Assembly: GCA_965655095.1 (NCBI GenBank) | Contig: OZ296655.1 | Location: forward strand, 31,310,001-31,374,000 | Reading direction: 5' to 3' | From: Haplodiscus bocki | Taxonomy: Eukaryota | Length of the DNA stretch: 64,000 bases | Part shown: positions 46,359 through 58,871 of the stretch, piece after piece | Layout: each line of letters begins with the position of its first letter | Position numbering within the stretch: position 1 is the stretch's first letter | Translations under genes and position numbers: made by a program | The notes under the pieces: generated by a model | Seen by the model: the letters and a program-made list of their open reading frames with translations, nothing else | Database searches by the model: none | What the model was told of the DNA's origin: nothing

Positions 46359-49259
46359 CTAAAAAATTGGAACGTAGTTATCAATTTTGGCTTTGTGCTT
46401 CTGAGCAATACATTCGGCGATCCAGACAATGTTTCGGTTCTCCTGTTCCTTCAGTTTCACGAAACTGTAGAAAGATCCGTAGTTGAAATGATAGAGGAAA
46501 GACTTTTTGTTCAGCTCCACTTCGTATTCGAAAAATCTATCTTCCAAGGTTTTCTCACCTGGGCCAGTACCACAGCTTTCGAAACGGGCGTTGTACTCGG
46601 CGTAGTAGCTTGCCACTTGCCTCACCTGTGAAAATTATCAGTCAAAAATAAGGCTGCGCTGATATCTGAGAGCAAACGTAAGCATCAATGATGGTAGGAA
46701 TTAAACGCCAAAAAATTGGCATATTAGCAAAAAGACTCCAATTTCACGTGAATTGGCTGATAATTACGAAAAAACAAAAAATATATACAAAAAAATTGAC
46801 AAATTTTAGAAAAAAATCAACTTTTAGCACTCAAAAGAGAACTGAATTTCTTGTCATTCACAGAAAAGTGAAAAAAAGTCGATCAACGTTGTTCTTTCAT
46901 TAGCTAAGCGGAGTTAGTAAAGTGAATGAAAATTCACATCAGGAATTTCCCAAAAAGTAAGCCTATGCAGACTATGTATTCTACTCGTTCCGCATGTAAT
47001 TCTTCCGCTCTCCATTCCAGTTTTATCTACTATTCACAGTTGTAACGCAGTGTTAGAAATTTCAGAATTTGAAGCGAAGAAAAATAGAACATAAATTCAA
47101 TTGGTCTTTAAATATATCGCTCAATGCCTGAAAAAACTAATTCAATGCTGACTTTCGCGTAAGGCAGTCGCATGGTTTGAACTCCTTATCTCCATTTCTT
47201 CCAACTTTTTTTGTTAATTTGTTAATTCTGTTCAGATGCAGGTCTGTATTCCTGAAGTTCGTGTATTTTTGACTACAATTTCTTGCAAAAAACTTACTAG
47301 TGATTAGAACCTCGCGCCGATTGTGTTGATTACCGATTTCTCTCACAACTACTGGTCAAGATGAGCAAGAAGCAGGTCTTTAAGTTTGGATCATGCTCAT
47401 GGATTTGTATTTTCTAACCTGTTCATAGTCATCACATCTAGCCAAAGCAGACAGTCCGTAGGGGTACAGTTTGCCACACTTGGGGTACAGCATTGCTCTG
47501 TCGTCTTTAGTCAGTTCCGTTCCAAAGGAGTTGATTGTGATGATGAACGCTCGTCTGTCTGCTTCAAATGCTAGCAACTCACACATTGACTCAGCTGTTG
47601 GTCCGCCAAGGTACTCACAAAAGTTGTAAAAGTCTTCCAAGTAGGCCTGCACACAAAACCAATCACACAATTACAACAAAAAGATACACTTCACGTGCAA
47701 GCAATAATCATCTTGTTTTTAACAACATTCCCACGCCTAATACTCTTGCTTTCTCATGACTAATAATGGTTTTTGTCGAAAAGTAAAAAAATTATGCCTA
47801 CCCCATTCAATGAGCTTTATTTCGAAGTTATTTTTTTCCATAACTAACTGTGAAACCGAGACTTACTAGTTTATTATCTGTCTTCCTGATATTTCTACAG
47901 TAACAATGAATTAAATCAAAACACGCTACGATAGCACTTATACAACAAGACGCTCAGCTCCGGGATATTTTCCGCCCTCGAAATACTACGGAACGAAACG
48001 TCAAAAAGCCATTCTACGGCAAATTCGAAACCAACAGGCGAAATAAAATGAATTCAGAGTGCAATTTTGTTTTATCGTGCAATTGACAAATGTAATGTAA
48101 AAAACCTGATAGTTGCGTTAATGATATTCAATCCATAAATGAACTAAAGGCGAAAAATGATAAACAAAAAGATGATTCGTACAAGCAATCAAGTTGCGTT
48201 CAAAAACATCCCCGTGCCTATAGCTTTGCTTTCTCTTTATTAATACTAAATTTTGCATCTAACATTTAACGAATGCTTCTAAATCAGGGAAACTGTCACC
48301 GCTGTAACCAACTGTAAAACTAAAACTTTTAATATTTTGCTTTTTCCTGATTTTTCAATGGCACCAATGTATTAAATCAAAACACGATAACTCTTCCCTA
48401 ATTGAGGAAAAGTACTTTTTTTTCTGGCAAGAGAATGCATTATTCTTGCATGTTTTTGTAAATAATAGATTTCTTGCAAGATTCTTGCAAATAATAGGTA
48501 TCTTGCAAGACTCTTGTAGGTATCTTGGAAGAAATGTATTGCCTGGAAGGATCTTGCAAAAAATGCATCGAATTACAAGAATCTTACAAGGATTCCATTA
48601 CCTTGCAAGAAGTATGTTTTCGGACGAATCTTGCAACATTCTTGTAAGAAATGCATTTTTGCTCAGCTAGGGCTTTAAAGCAATTTTGCAGTGATGCCCA
48701 TACTTACCTTATAAAGGGTATTTCTGATTATCTCAATATTCATCTCATCGAAATCTCCATCCGTAAGACAACCAATGAAATACGGCGCAAGAGGAGTATC
48801 AACCAGAATAGCATTGTACAGATCTTGAGCACTGTTTGCAATATGGATCAACTCCAGCTGTGCGAAATTTCCCAGCTTATGACATTTGGGCAGCAACTCG
48901 CGCACTGGTCTGTTATGCAAGACACCAGTAATAACTAGCACAATGTTATCAATCATGTACCCATAAGTTATGTAATCCAAAAATGTCGACAAAGGCGATA
49001 CTGCTTGTTGGCGAATGTGCTGAAATTCGTCGACTAGTTTTTCCCGCAGTTTCTCATCGATGACGGAAACGCTGAGGGGACTGGGTTCGTTGGCCAGGAA
49101 GTTTCCATAATCCGTGCTCTGGAGATGAAGTTTCAAGTCTTCCAAAGTTTCGCACTGGGAAAGATTCGTATAGTCGTGGGACTTGAGAATGCCTGATCGG
49201 AAGCCACGAACAAGGCCGTCTAAGTATCCTGAGTTCACGTTGAACACTGTATCAAACAT
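46359..49259 (-). CDS. ATP6V0D1: V-type proton ATPase V0 subunit d, 3 exons (49259-48708, 47646-47419, 46625-46359), 348 aa
   Basis: [35 protein letters not shown]|[42 protein letters not shown] phase-0 introns. Confidence 0.97.
48396..48672. repeat. MITE-like element with internal TCTTGCAAGA palindromes
   Basis: Ends CCCTAATTGAG / CTCAGCTAGGG, possible CTT target duplication, many cttgcaag repeats. Confidence 0.45.
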
Positions 49260-49323
49260 TTCTATGCCCTGAAAAAATTGTTACCGATACAAAAAAGTAT
49301 ATGAGCGAGCACGGACATATACA

Positions 49324-50835
49324 ACAGAGGCGAAGCTGCGCTTCGCAACATTTGCGCCAACGGAATATTAGTGAACATATCGAACAAGTATAACTGATTT
49401 TTGAAGGCTCGGCTGTACAACGAAAACTACCGATGAAACAACTAAACAGAAATTTAATTAACTCAGTTAATTCTTATGAACTCATATACAAGTGTACCAA
49501 ACAGGAACTGCTTTAACAGTTAATTCGCTTGATATTTAAAACAAGCGCGCACACTGGACAACAGGCCACAAGAACAAATAATAGCGCGAGAACAAATTTT
49601 TGTGAGAAAGCGAGAGCGCATGAACAAAATCTAGGCAGCATCAGAATGTAGGCACAAATGCAGAGCTGCAACAATTATGCGGCGCATAATCCCGCACAAT
49701 CACAGCTAAATTTGCGCCCGCATAATTGGACAAAATTGACTTGCGATGCCGCATATTTCTGAGAAATGGAAATGCGTCACTATAACACCTGGTTTTTCTC
49801 AGAAGTACCAACACGCTGTTTGCATCAAATCACAAGCGAAAAAACCATTATTGACCGGAACCTGGTCAAGTTTGCTCAGAATTTTCAGTTTTCATTTGAT
49901 ATTACAATACATCGACTTCATTATGTGAGATTGTACAGATTCCGAGCTAGAAATTGTCAATCCCAGCCCTGTAAGGGCTCATACTAATACCTCTGTTGCA
50001 CAAAAAAACCAAGAAAAAAGAAAGCGCGATCATTCGTCTTCAATAGACGTAGAAACACGTGCCAAGCAACCCCAAAATGCGAATTTTTACGCACAAAAAG
50101 GCAAATTATTTTGCAAATTTTGTTCTATTCGAATGAATCATTCCCGGCAATCTGTTTTGAGTGCTCACTGCATTGGCGACAACCACAAAAAAACAAAACG
50201 AGCGAGCAGCCCAAACAGGTCAGATTCAGGGTTCATTATTTACTACATTACCGGTTCCAAATGAAGCTCGCCTCGACAATTTAATAATAATTTCGGATTG
50301 AGTTCGAGCGTGCGCGGGTTCCAAATTATCATTGAATGCCGCAAGTTCGCCATTAACGCGAAAGTTTCTTTCAAAGCATATTCCTTCAGGAGGATCAATT
50401 CCCCGAAGAGACAGTTTGTCCCTTTACTTGAAGGACTGTTACAAATCCGATAAAGAGAAGCTGAAAAAATCATTCATTGGTGGGGTCTTCTTCATGTGTT
50501 GAACGTATCTTTACCTAATACAACAAGGTCCTGTCTGCTGACAGGGCGTCCCTTAATTCGGAAACAATTAAACAACTTATGTTTGTGTATTGTAATAGTG
50601 ATTTGAGTTGAATTCAGTTCTTGTATTGATAGTTTTTCTCTCTGCATCCCGCATAACAGCGCATATTTGGCAAATTTTGGCGCACAATTTTACCCAAATC
50701 ACCCGCATCCCGCATCGCACAATTTCCAAAAAATCCCCGCATAGTTGTAGCAGCTCTGGCACAAATGCGAGTTGTGAACTGATCGGCAAAAAGAACCGTT
50801 AGACTTTGATTTAACACTTGCTAGCGCAAGTGTAA
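49324..50835 (-). mobile_element. HINE-like family A copy interrupted by a hAT element
   Basis: Perfect hairpin GCGAAGC-TGC-GCTTCGC (49330-49346) next to the subterminal IR. The other end reads ACACTTGCTAGCGCAAGTGTAA. Confidence 0.65.
49661..50758 (+). mobile_element. Internally deleted hAT transposon related to CGGBP1 (hAT19-like)
   Basis: TIRs CAGAGCTGC.AC.A.TATGCGG. 9-bp TSD GCACAAATG; an empty-site copy is visible at ~53531. Remnant zinc finger GKLFCKFCSIRMNHSRQSVLSAH...H (~50046-50200) and hAT dimerisation tail VERIFT*YNKVLSADRASL (~50495-50600). Confidence 0.82.
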
Positions 50836-51806
50836 ACATGCAAACAAAACGACCATTCAAGCATGAGATCCAACTGTGTTTCATATCAAATTTTGAGTAC
50901 ATGACCTGCTTTGCAAGAAATGCATTCTTGAAATATTTCTATTTTCATTTGAGAGAAAGCGAGAGATTTAATTTCAAAATAACATCAAGAAAACCTATCT
51001 TGGATATGGGCTGATCATTTCAACTTTGCGATCAACATCCACTCTGCTATTGAGAGAACGCACCATTAAACAAAGTATTGCAATTTTCGCATCAATGTTT
51101 ACCAAAATTGCCATTTATGTTCTAAATAAAGCGAGCCAACGTCTTAAATTGCATATACATTTGAAAAGTTTAGAAACCGAAAAATTGAACTCAACAGATA
51201 ATTCAAAACATCAAAACTCAAAAAGTTAGGACTATCTTTTTCTGCACTGCAAATCTTGTAAAAACTAGTCTTCCTTGTTTCGTTTACTAACAGTGTATTG
51301 CATCGCCAATAGAAAATCGCTAATCACTAATACCGCTTTCCGATGACCGCTAATCGCTGTGGCCGCAAACTTCGCGAAAAACTTCTGCCAACTAATTGCC
51401 GATTTTAGGGAGATAATTTTTGATAGAGAAGTTTTCATCTCACCATTGGATCATATTTTGTTCTTTTCAAGATAAAATCAGGGATTCGTTGAAAACCTTA
51501 GCCTATTTTTTAAGCTATTCTGAAAGTTTCATTTATTGTATTGAAAGATGCCATGATGTGTTTTTCGTACCAACCCAGTATCCGCTAAGCAGCTGCTTTT
51601 TCAATTTAGAGCCGCTAATCCGCTCCGTCGACGAAATAGCGTCACTTCCGCTGAGCAAGCCGGTTCCACTTTTTGCCACTCAATATACTGTTGATTAGGC
51701 GATGTTTGACAAACGATATCGAATTATTTTTCCAAAACATAGACTCGACAATTTTGGATCAACCAATTTTCTCTTTTCCATACAACGGGTCAAAGGAATA
51801 AAAAAA

Positions 51807-52145
51807 TTATGAAGACTTGCTGGGCGGCGCGACCAAAATGACTCCATCTCCTCGTACAAACATTAGGGGAATATTTCTTTTCGAGGTTTTATAAATTTCC
51901 TCATAAGTTTCTTCATCAACTTCAACAGACGTTATAACTTCTTCAATGTCACTCATAATCATGTTCAGGTGATGGTCGTAAGCGTGAAGTTTCCCATATA
52001 ACTCGCGGTCGTTTCTGAGTTTGACATAAATTCGTTCTTCCAGGGATAGTCTTATTAAATCTAGAGGCTGTTCTACAAGGGGGAGGGCGGGGTCCACTTG
52101 GTTGGGGGCACCTGACGCGTCTCCTTGCTCATCAACAGACGTCAT
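51807..52145 (-). CDS. LSM3: U6 snRNA-associated Sm-like protein LSm3
   Basis: [39 protein letters not shown]...[15 protein letters not shown]. Confidence 0.97.
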   Translation of the reverse strand: MTSVDEQGDASGAPNQVDPALPLVEQPLDLIRLSLEERIYVKLRNDRELYGKLHAYDHHLNMIMSDIEEVITSVEVDEETYEEIYKTSKRNIPLMFVRGDGVILVAPPSKSS

Positions 52146-52475
52146 CGTGCAAAGAAGATTCAGAATTCCGGAGGAAAAATGATGCTCAAAAGTAGTTAGT
52201 TATATGGGCACTGATCTGAAAACAACCAAATCGTTAGAATTTGAGAAATTCGGATTTCATCTTAGATAGTTTGCAACAATGAGAGTTGGAAAGGAAATGA
52301 AAATTTGAGACAACTTTTAGAATACGGAAGATTCCTTTTGACTTGTATGACAAGTACAGGCGGAATAAAAAAGCCAGGAATGGCCAGAGTCGGCGCCACC
52401 CGGAAAACGTAAACACTTATAAAGCGAGCCTTTGTTGTTTTTGAAGTTTATATCGAATTTTTCATACCACAAAGA

Positions 52476-53607
52476 ACACAGATGTGAAGCGGATTGCGCA
52501 ACACTAGGGCCAACGTAACACTACTGAAAAAAATTAAACAAGTATAACAGATTTTTGAAGGCGCCACGGTACGACGATAACTACTGATTAAACAATTTAA
52601 CAGAATTTAATCAATTTATATAGTCATAATTAGGAGGAATTGATAAAACGTCAACTTTGAACATGAATAACTTCGGGAACATTCATGCATTAGATAAAGT
52701 AGCGAAAAACACTCTTAGAAAATTTTAAAAATTATAATGGTGTTTGTTTGAAAAATCTCCAACAAATAGAGCAAAAACTATACCAAGCGCTTTTAGCCAA
52801 ATTTTTCATTTTTTTTTGTAAATTTCATAAAAATTGAAATTTTCGGAGTTTCATTCAATCAATAGATGCACTGACTTCTCTGACAGCTATCATTTGTCGG
52901 CGGAACACTTTCCAAAAACTATTCCAAAATCCATTTTGAATCTACTAAAGGTTGAATATCAACGTATTAAAATAGGATGTTAATATTATACTTCAACTTT
53001 TTGCAATTTTTTTCTGGAAATTCATAGTTTTGAAAAAAGTGATAAAGATGAAAGCTTTGGGGAAAAACCAAAAACAACAAATTTTATAATTGTTTGCTAT
53101 CTAGCGTCATGTCAAAATTTCCGGCGAAAACTGCCAAATTTCTCAGTATATGCAATGCTTGAATGGTTTATTCGCTCAATTTTGAGACGCAATTTTCTAC
53201 CCTTTTGAAGTACTTTTTTCGGCGGATAGCCCTTTTAATGAGCTTCCGCACATTACATTTGCGCACTTTGATCTCCCATTTTTATTTCTCCACTTAGGAT
53301 TTTGTAAAAAAGGATTAGCATTGCTGAGTCCCATTTCATCGAATCATGACTGCACAAGTATAACAATTACGAAGTATAACAATAGCAGTTAATTCGCTTC
53401 ATAATACAGGAGCTCACTTTGAGAAATAGGCTACGTGAACACAATTTTGCAATTGTGCGAGAGCTCATTAACAAATTTTTGCGAAAAAGCGACATCGCAT
53501 GGAAATAAACTAGGCAACATTGGAATGTAGGCGCAAATGCGAGTTGAAAACGGATCGGGAAAAAGAATAGGAAGTCTGTTATATAACACTTGCTCGCGCA
53601 AGTGTAA
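52476..53607 (-). mobile_element. Long HINE-like family A copy (a truncated copy follows at ~53720-53850)
   Basis: Degenerate family start motif at 52476 and end ACACTTGCTCGCGCAAGTGTAA at ~53586-53607. Confidence 0.55.
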
Positions 53608-54523
53608 AATATAATAATCGCTCCGTTCTCCATTATCATTCGCGCAGCATATTCGGGCAAATAAGAGAACGTTGCTTGACTGAGAGTGTATCTGAGTTCG
53701 GTTATCCTTTTTTCAAAAGTATGGCGAAGCTGTACTTCACAACATTTGCGCAAACTGCATACAAACAAGAAACGCCATAATATTTCATTCGGTGAAATTT
53801 CAAATAAAACTGCTGATTCTCAAGCGGCAATGGTGCAGTCAGTAGAGCATGCGAAAATTTCCCGGTTTTTCCAAAGGAGGGCGTATCACAAAATGTTTTC
53901 ATTTCTGCTTTCCAAAAATTTTCAGAGGGGGTATCACTACCGTTTTTCGATTTTTGAAGTTTTGGAAGTTATGGTACAATTCGTACCATCAAGACCCTCA
54001 ATTTGACCAAAAGTGAAAGCTTGCAAAAAATAGATCGAGAAATTGCCTTAAGAAGAAAAGAAACTAATAATCGGCGCATCTTTATTTCATAAAGTGCCGA
54101 CTCAAAAATACATTATTGAACGAAATTAAGTCAATGAAATTTTTTGGTTTGCTTCGAAACGGAGCTTTTATCGTTATAAATCTCACCGATGAAGGTTTTT
54201 ACGTCTCGCATGTAAATTCTTGCATGTAATTTTACAGTCCCAAATCAAGCAAATCAAAGATTTGGCTCGGTGCTTAAGTAAATTACTTACATCTAAGCTC
54301 AAAACGCCATTTGAGTACGCAAACGAGTTTGAATTTTAGCAAAGGAGAATCAAATATAAAAAAAATAACTGTTGTCTATGACAATATTTGCATAAATTAT
54401 GCTAATTTGCTATTCGAACTATAGCAAATACAATAAACGAAAGGTTTGGCATTCGATGTATCTTGCAATCAACGTGCTGCTTCTGATTAATGGGATGAAG
54501 AAACCATTGATGAATATTTAAAT

Positions 54524-57500
54524 TTAAAGGGCTGAGCTCGATTGAGAAGTCCCGTTTAGTAATAGCGAATTATTTTTGGGCTCTGACTGAAAGGTTCTCT
54601 CACTAGTTGAAGTTTTTCTAACTGATGATGATCCACCAGATGACGTCACGTCTTTTAGGTCATTCAGAAGTGTGGACAATTCAGCGTCACCGGAAATTCC
54701 AAACTTGGCAAAACTTGCGTTCAACAAAACAGTCCACATATCTTTTTGGAAACACATTTTCTTCTGATTTGCTATTCTAATAATATCTTTGGGAGGGTAT
54801 CTGAGGAACTCGTAAAAAGAAGTAATTTTATCGAAGGCTTCGTTACTTCGAGCCCAACTTTCTTTGTCGGCTAGGTTCGTTTTTTGCAGCAACCGCTTCA
54901 GTTCTAGCACGTCCAAAAGTAGCAAGTCCAACTCGAATTGGGTTGTGTTAGCAATATTTGTAGAATTTGATAAATAGATGTTCTGAATAAATAAAGGCAA
55001 GCTGCTGAATAAAAAATTGATCTCTGGTTCTGGTAGAAATTTGGCCGCTGCAATTCCTGCTTCAGAGTAAAGCCGGGATAAGTCTTTAACTTCATCGTGC
55101 AGTTCTAGAGCAGCTAACTGATTCGAGCCGGAAGACTTGCTGTTTTTCAGTAAAGATGTCAACTGAGAAAACGTTACAACTTTCAGCTCAAGATGGAAAC
55201 CAATCAAACAATTGTCTGCAATCACTTTCAGGTCATTTATACTTCGGTTCAGGTCAGCTCCTAATGGTGTTTGTCTTTTTCCCACATCGCCACAGTTTTG
55301 ACTTTGAGAAAAATTGGGGCCAAAATTGTCGACTAGTTCTCTAGTCTTGGTAACAAGCCAATTTATGCTGTAACTTAAAACAGATAAAACTTGAAACAGT
55401 TCCGAGTATTGTTTCACATCTGTTATAGTCCTGAGTTTACCGTTATATGATGCTTCGTTCAATGACGTCATTAGTTTTGAAACTAATTCCTCAGTGTTCG
55501 CAGTCATCAACTTAGAACTAGCTTTGCCAGGACTTTCGTCTTGGACCAACCGAAATTGTGAAGCACCCTTTATGGAACCCAGTATGACGGAAACATCTTT
55601 GTCTCCAATAAGTTTCAGAGAAGTGCTGGTAGCTTCTTCCCGAGCAGCTCCTTGTCTTGAAAACATGGAGATGTATTTCGGATGAACGCGGCTGTTAAAA
55701 CTGCCCAAAAAGTGAGAAACTAAGTTTGTAAAAAGTTCGGAAAAGTCCGGCAACTGTTTCGATATGTTTGCGAGATATGACAGTAGCTCGTACGCCAGAA
55801 TGCAGGACTGTGCTAAAGGTTTGTCTGAATCTAACTTGGTTAGCAAGCTTCTAGAACTTTCGATGCTTCCAATCGAATCACGAGCTATTTTGTTCTCTAA
55901 CGTGTCCTTTATTTTATGGGTCAAATAACTTTGAAGATTATCGTCAATGTACTTCTGAACATTTTCATGCAGCATGCATTGATTTTTCTCACAACCCATT
56001 TGCACGCTGATGTAGCAACACATTTCTTCCAGGGTGTTATAAAACGCTTTGATGTTTAATATACTGCAAGCTGCATTCAAAAAGTTGCTTATTTTGTTTG
56101 CACCAGGACTTCCCTGTTTCGAAACTGTCCCACCCGCGGAACTTGGAAAAATTTCACTACTACTTTGGGTTCGAAGCCGAGCAGGCGAATTTTGAAGAGA
56201 CGTTCTGTTGATAGACGGGGCAAAAGATACAAAGGGTCGGTTTCTAGAAGCACTATCCCCTGAAGCACCTCTGGATTCGGTAACCCCCAATAAAGTACCA
56301 GTCAATCGCGAACCTGTAGCACCAGTTAAGAGAGATGACCCACTACTAATAGCTCCTTTGGAGTAATATCTTTCAGCACCAGAATTAAAAGATCCAGAAT
56401 TTTCATTCAACAATTGTTCAAGTAAGTTAATAACTGTCGCTTGAAAGGTTATCAAAAAGGTAGATATGCTGTAGATAGAACTGCAAGAACTTGATTTTTC
56501 AGCTTGTAGTAAAGCCACGTTCATTTTCTGTATAAATAAATTCTGATGTTCTACAATTTTGATCAGTTTAGACTGCAAAATTTCAAACAGCCATGTTAGT
56601 TTTTGTTCATGTTTATTCAACAAATGCGAATTAGATTCGTCGAGAGAAATGGGTCTCTGAGACGTATTATTCACTACTTCCAACAATGTACACTGTAGGA
56701 GGTTTTCAATTTTGGCGGTAAAATGAGACTGCAAGACTCCCGAGGCGTCTCTAAGTTTGCCCAAAACTGATAAGGCTTTCACAAGTTCGGTCAAAGTTGC
56801 TTCCACGTTCTCGGCACTTGAGTTTCTTTCAGCTTGCGGCAGTTCATTTATAATTGGTTTTCTGAAAACCGAGGTATTTAGTTTAGTAAACATCTGAGGA
56901 TTGCTTTGGGCAAAGATCCCTGATTGTGAGTCGATACTGACACCTCTTGAAAAATCACTTTCTGTGGCCAGCGCAGCTATCGATTGTTCGTACAGTTCGA
57001 ACTCAATAGCTTCAACAATTTTAGAGTATAACTTCTCTTTGATATCCATGGGAAAAGAAATATTTGAAACAACTGGTATTTCAGACAAAACCTCGAAGTT
57101 TGTCGATACCTGTTGTATTATTTCGGCAGCCTTGACGTACTGTTCGTTTTCAATGCATTCTTGCACAAGTTGCGACATTTGAGATATAGTTTCAATACGC
57201 TCGAATATATCCAGCACGGCATTATTTTCTTCTGACTCATTATGTAATCTTTTGAGCTCTTCACGTTTGCAGCGTATCTGTTCCTTACAGGCAGATAAGT
57301 TGGCTTTCACCTTCGCCAAATGCTCCGAAGCGGAATGCACGTTGGAGCAAATTTTTTGAAAGTCACTCACAGTGCGGTTCAGTCCATCTTGTTTAGCTTT
57401 CACAATCTTTTCTAGGCGAGCGTCCACTACGTCATAAGATCCCTCCAACTTGATTCGCTCATCTTCCCGCAACGAAGGGTCGCTGCTGTGGTCTGAAAGC

Positions 57501-57589
57501 TTTCGGATAACCGAGATCAAGATCCGAGTGGTACTTCGGCTGCTTGAGATATCGGAGACTCGGTCGAAATCAGCAGAAAATGAAGACAT
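54524..57589 (-). CDS. EXOC4: Exocyst complex component 4 (Sec8), single coding exon, 1021 aa
   Basis: Sec8 N-terminus LISVIRKLS...RE.ERIKLEGSY...DARLEKIV...KVKANLSACKEQIRCKREELKRL, and C-terminal ADNCLIGFHLEL. Long uninterrupted ORF. Confidence 0.85.
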   Translation of the reverse strand: MSSFSADFDRVSDISSSRSTTRILISVIRKLSDHSSDPSLREDERIKLEGSYDVVDARLEKIVKAKQDGLNRTVSDFQKICSNVHSASEHLAKVKANLSACKEQIRCKREELKRLHNESEENNAVLDIFERIETISQMSQLVQECIENEQYVKAAEIIQQVSTNFEVLSEIPVVSNISFPMDIKEKLYSKIVEAIEFELYEQSIAALATESDFSRGVSIDSQSGIFAQSNPQMFTKLNTSVFRKPIINELPQAERNSSAENVEATLTELVKALSVLGKLRDASGVLQSHFTAKIENLLQCTLLEVVNNTSQRPISLDESNSHLLNKHEQKLTWLFEILQSKLIKIVEHQNLFIQKMNVALLQAEKSSSCSSIYSISTFLITFQATVINLLEQLLNENSGSFNSGAERYYSKGAISSGSSLLTGATGSRLTGTLLGVTESRGASGDSASRNRPFVSFAPSINRTSLQNSPARLRTQSSSEIFPSSAGGTVSKQGSPGANKISNFLNAACSILNIKAFYNTLEEMCCYISVQMGCEKNQCMLHENVQKYIDDNLQSYLTHKIKDTLENKIARDSIGSIESSRSLLTKLDSDKPLAQSCILAYELLSYLANISKQLPDFSELFTNLVSHFLGSFNSRVHPKYISMFSRQGAAREEATSTSLKLIGDKDVSVILGSIKGASQFRLVQDESPGKASSKLMTANTEELVSKLMTSLNEASYNGKLRTITDVKQYSELFQVLSVLSYSINWLVTKTRELVDNFGPNFSQSQNCGDVGKRQTPLGADLNRSINDLKVIADNCLIGFHLELKVVTFSQLTSLLKNSKSSGSNQLAALELHDEVKDLSRLYSEAGIAAAKFLPEPEINFLFSSLPLFIQNIYLSNSTNIANTTQFELDLLLLDVLELKRLLQKTNLADKESWARSNEAFDKITSFYEFLRYPPKDIIRIANQKKMCFQKDMWTVLLNASFAKFGISGDAELSTLLNDLKDVTSSGGSSSVRKTSTSERTFQSEPKNNSLLLNGTSQSSSAL

Positions 57590-57965
57590 TGATTTGAATC
57601 GAATATCTTTACATCTTCTCTGAAATGATCAAGAAGTTTTATAATTAAGAACTCAGTAAAGATGTCAATATTTTGATTAAATTCAGTTTATGACTTAACT
57701 TCGAAAAGACTGTGAAATATGCTTACTATGGCAAACATTGCCACAAAAGTCACAATTTTTTGAAACTTTGAAATGAAATTTAAAACTCAACAATAGCAAT
57801 AAGAGAATCCCTATGAAACAGCGAATTGGGAAAAAAATCACAAGGAGAAACAATCCAATTTGAAAGCGAAAACTTTGATAAAACGTTTAGCCATATTTCC
57901 TTTGACATTTTGCTCTTTCCATAGACGAGTTTTGAAATAGGAGGCAACAAGAATGGGAAACCTTC

Positions 57966-58871
57966 TCATTGTGGTATCGTTGGCATGGGAGGTGCCGAGG
58001 AATCCTTCGATTTAGACTGGGGTCCCAATAAAATATCCTGTGCCTGGCCCAAGCTATCTTTCTCCATCTGCAGTCTTTCAACTTCCAAAGCGACTGGCAA
58101 GTATAAAACAATAACAGAAGTGGCCACTACCCAAAGCGTTTTTCTGCCCCAAACGTAGAAAAACTTGGTTGAGTTGCATGAAAAATCAAACAAGAGTTTT
58201 GAGCTGCTTCTTAAACGATCAGGAAACATTTCGGTCAAGCCCCATAACCGTTCTGACAACGTTTCATCTTCAATGTCATCATCACCTGCATCACTATCAA
58301 CGTTTTCTACTTTCGGAACAGTGCTGACTTTGACTTTTGATGAGTTATTTCGGGTCAAACCAGCACCGCCGGCAGAAATTGCCCCCGATGGAGCCGCTCT
58401 AATTGTCATGGATGCATTTTCTGTATCACCCGCTCCATTTTCATTGGGAAAAGATTCCCCTGAATGATTTGGTTCCGCAATGGAAGTAGGAACCATTTGA
58501 CTGTCAATAACTTTCATAAACGTGTCTATTTGTTCGTTAATCGAAGAAACTTCGTCTTCTGCCGAAGAAGATTCGACGTCATCAGAGCTGCTCTCACTAC
58601 TTTGGTCATTTGATGTTTGAGATTCTTCGATTTTAACGTAACCAGAAGTCTGCAAACCATCTATATCGTTACCGGTATCTTCGGAGATGGAGCTGACAAC
58701 ATCCAAATTGAGATCCTTCTCAACAGAAGTTTCAGAAAGGGCCTCAAAACTCAAGCTAGAGCTCAAAGAACCGAGGGTATCGTCAGCTGTATCCGCGCTT
58801 CCAAGACTGCTCGTGTCATCGTCTTTGGTATCCGATGATTCAGTGAATTTTTTCAACAAATCTTCATCCAT
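57966..58871 (-). CDS. TOMM22: Mitochondrial import receptor TOM22 with a long acidic N-terminal extension (301 aa)
   Basis: Signature DETLSERLWGLTEMFPD and TM segment LWVVATSVIVLYLPVALEVER, followed by ILLGP. Confidence 0.88.
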   Translation of the reverse strand: MDEDLLKKFTESSDTKDDDTSSLGSADTADDTLGSLSSSLSFEALSETSVEKDLNLDVVSSISEDTGNDIDGLQTSGYVKIEESQTSNDQSSESSSDDVESSSAEDEVSSINEQIDTFMKVIDSQMVPTSIAEPNHSGESFPNENGAGDTENASMTIRAAPSGAISAGGAGLTRNNSSKVKVSTVPKVENVDSDAGDDDIEDETLSERLWGLTEMFPDRLRSSSKLLFDFSCNSTKFFYVWGRKTLWVVATSVIVLYLPVALEVERLQMEKDSLGQAQDILLGPQSKSKDSSAPPMPTIPQ

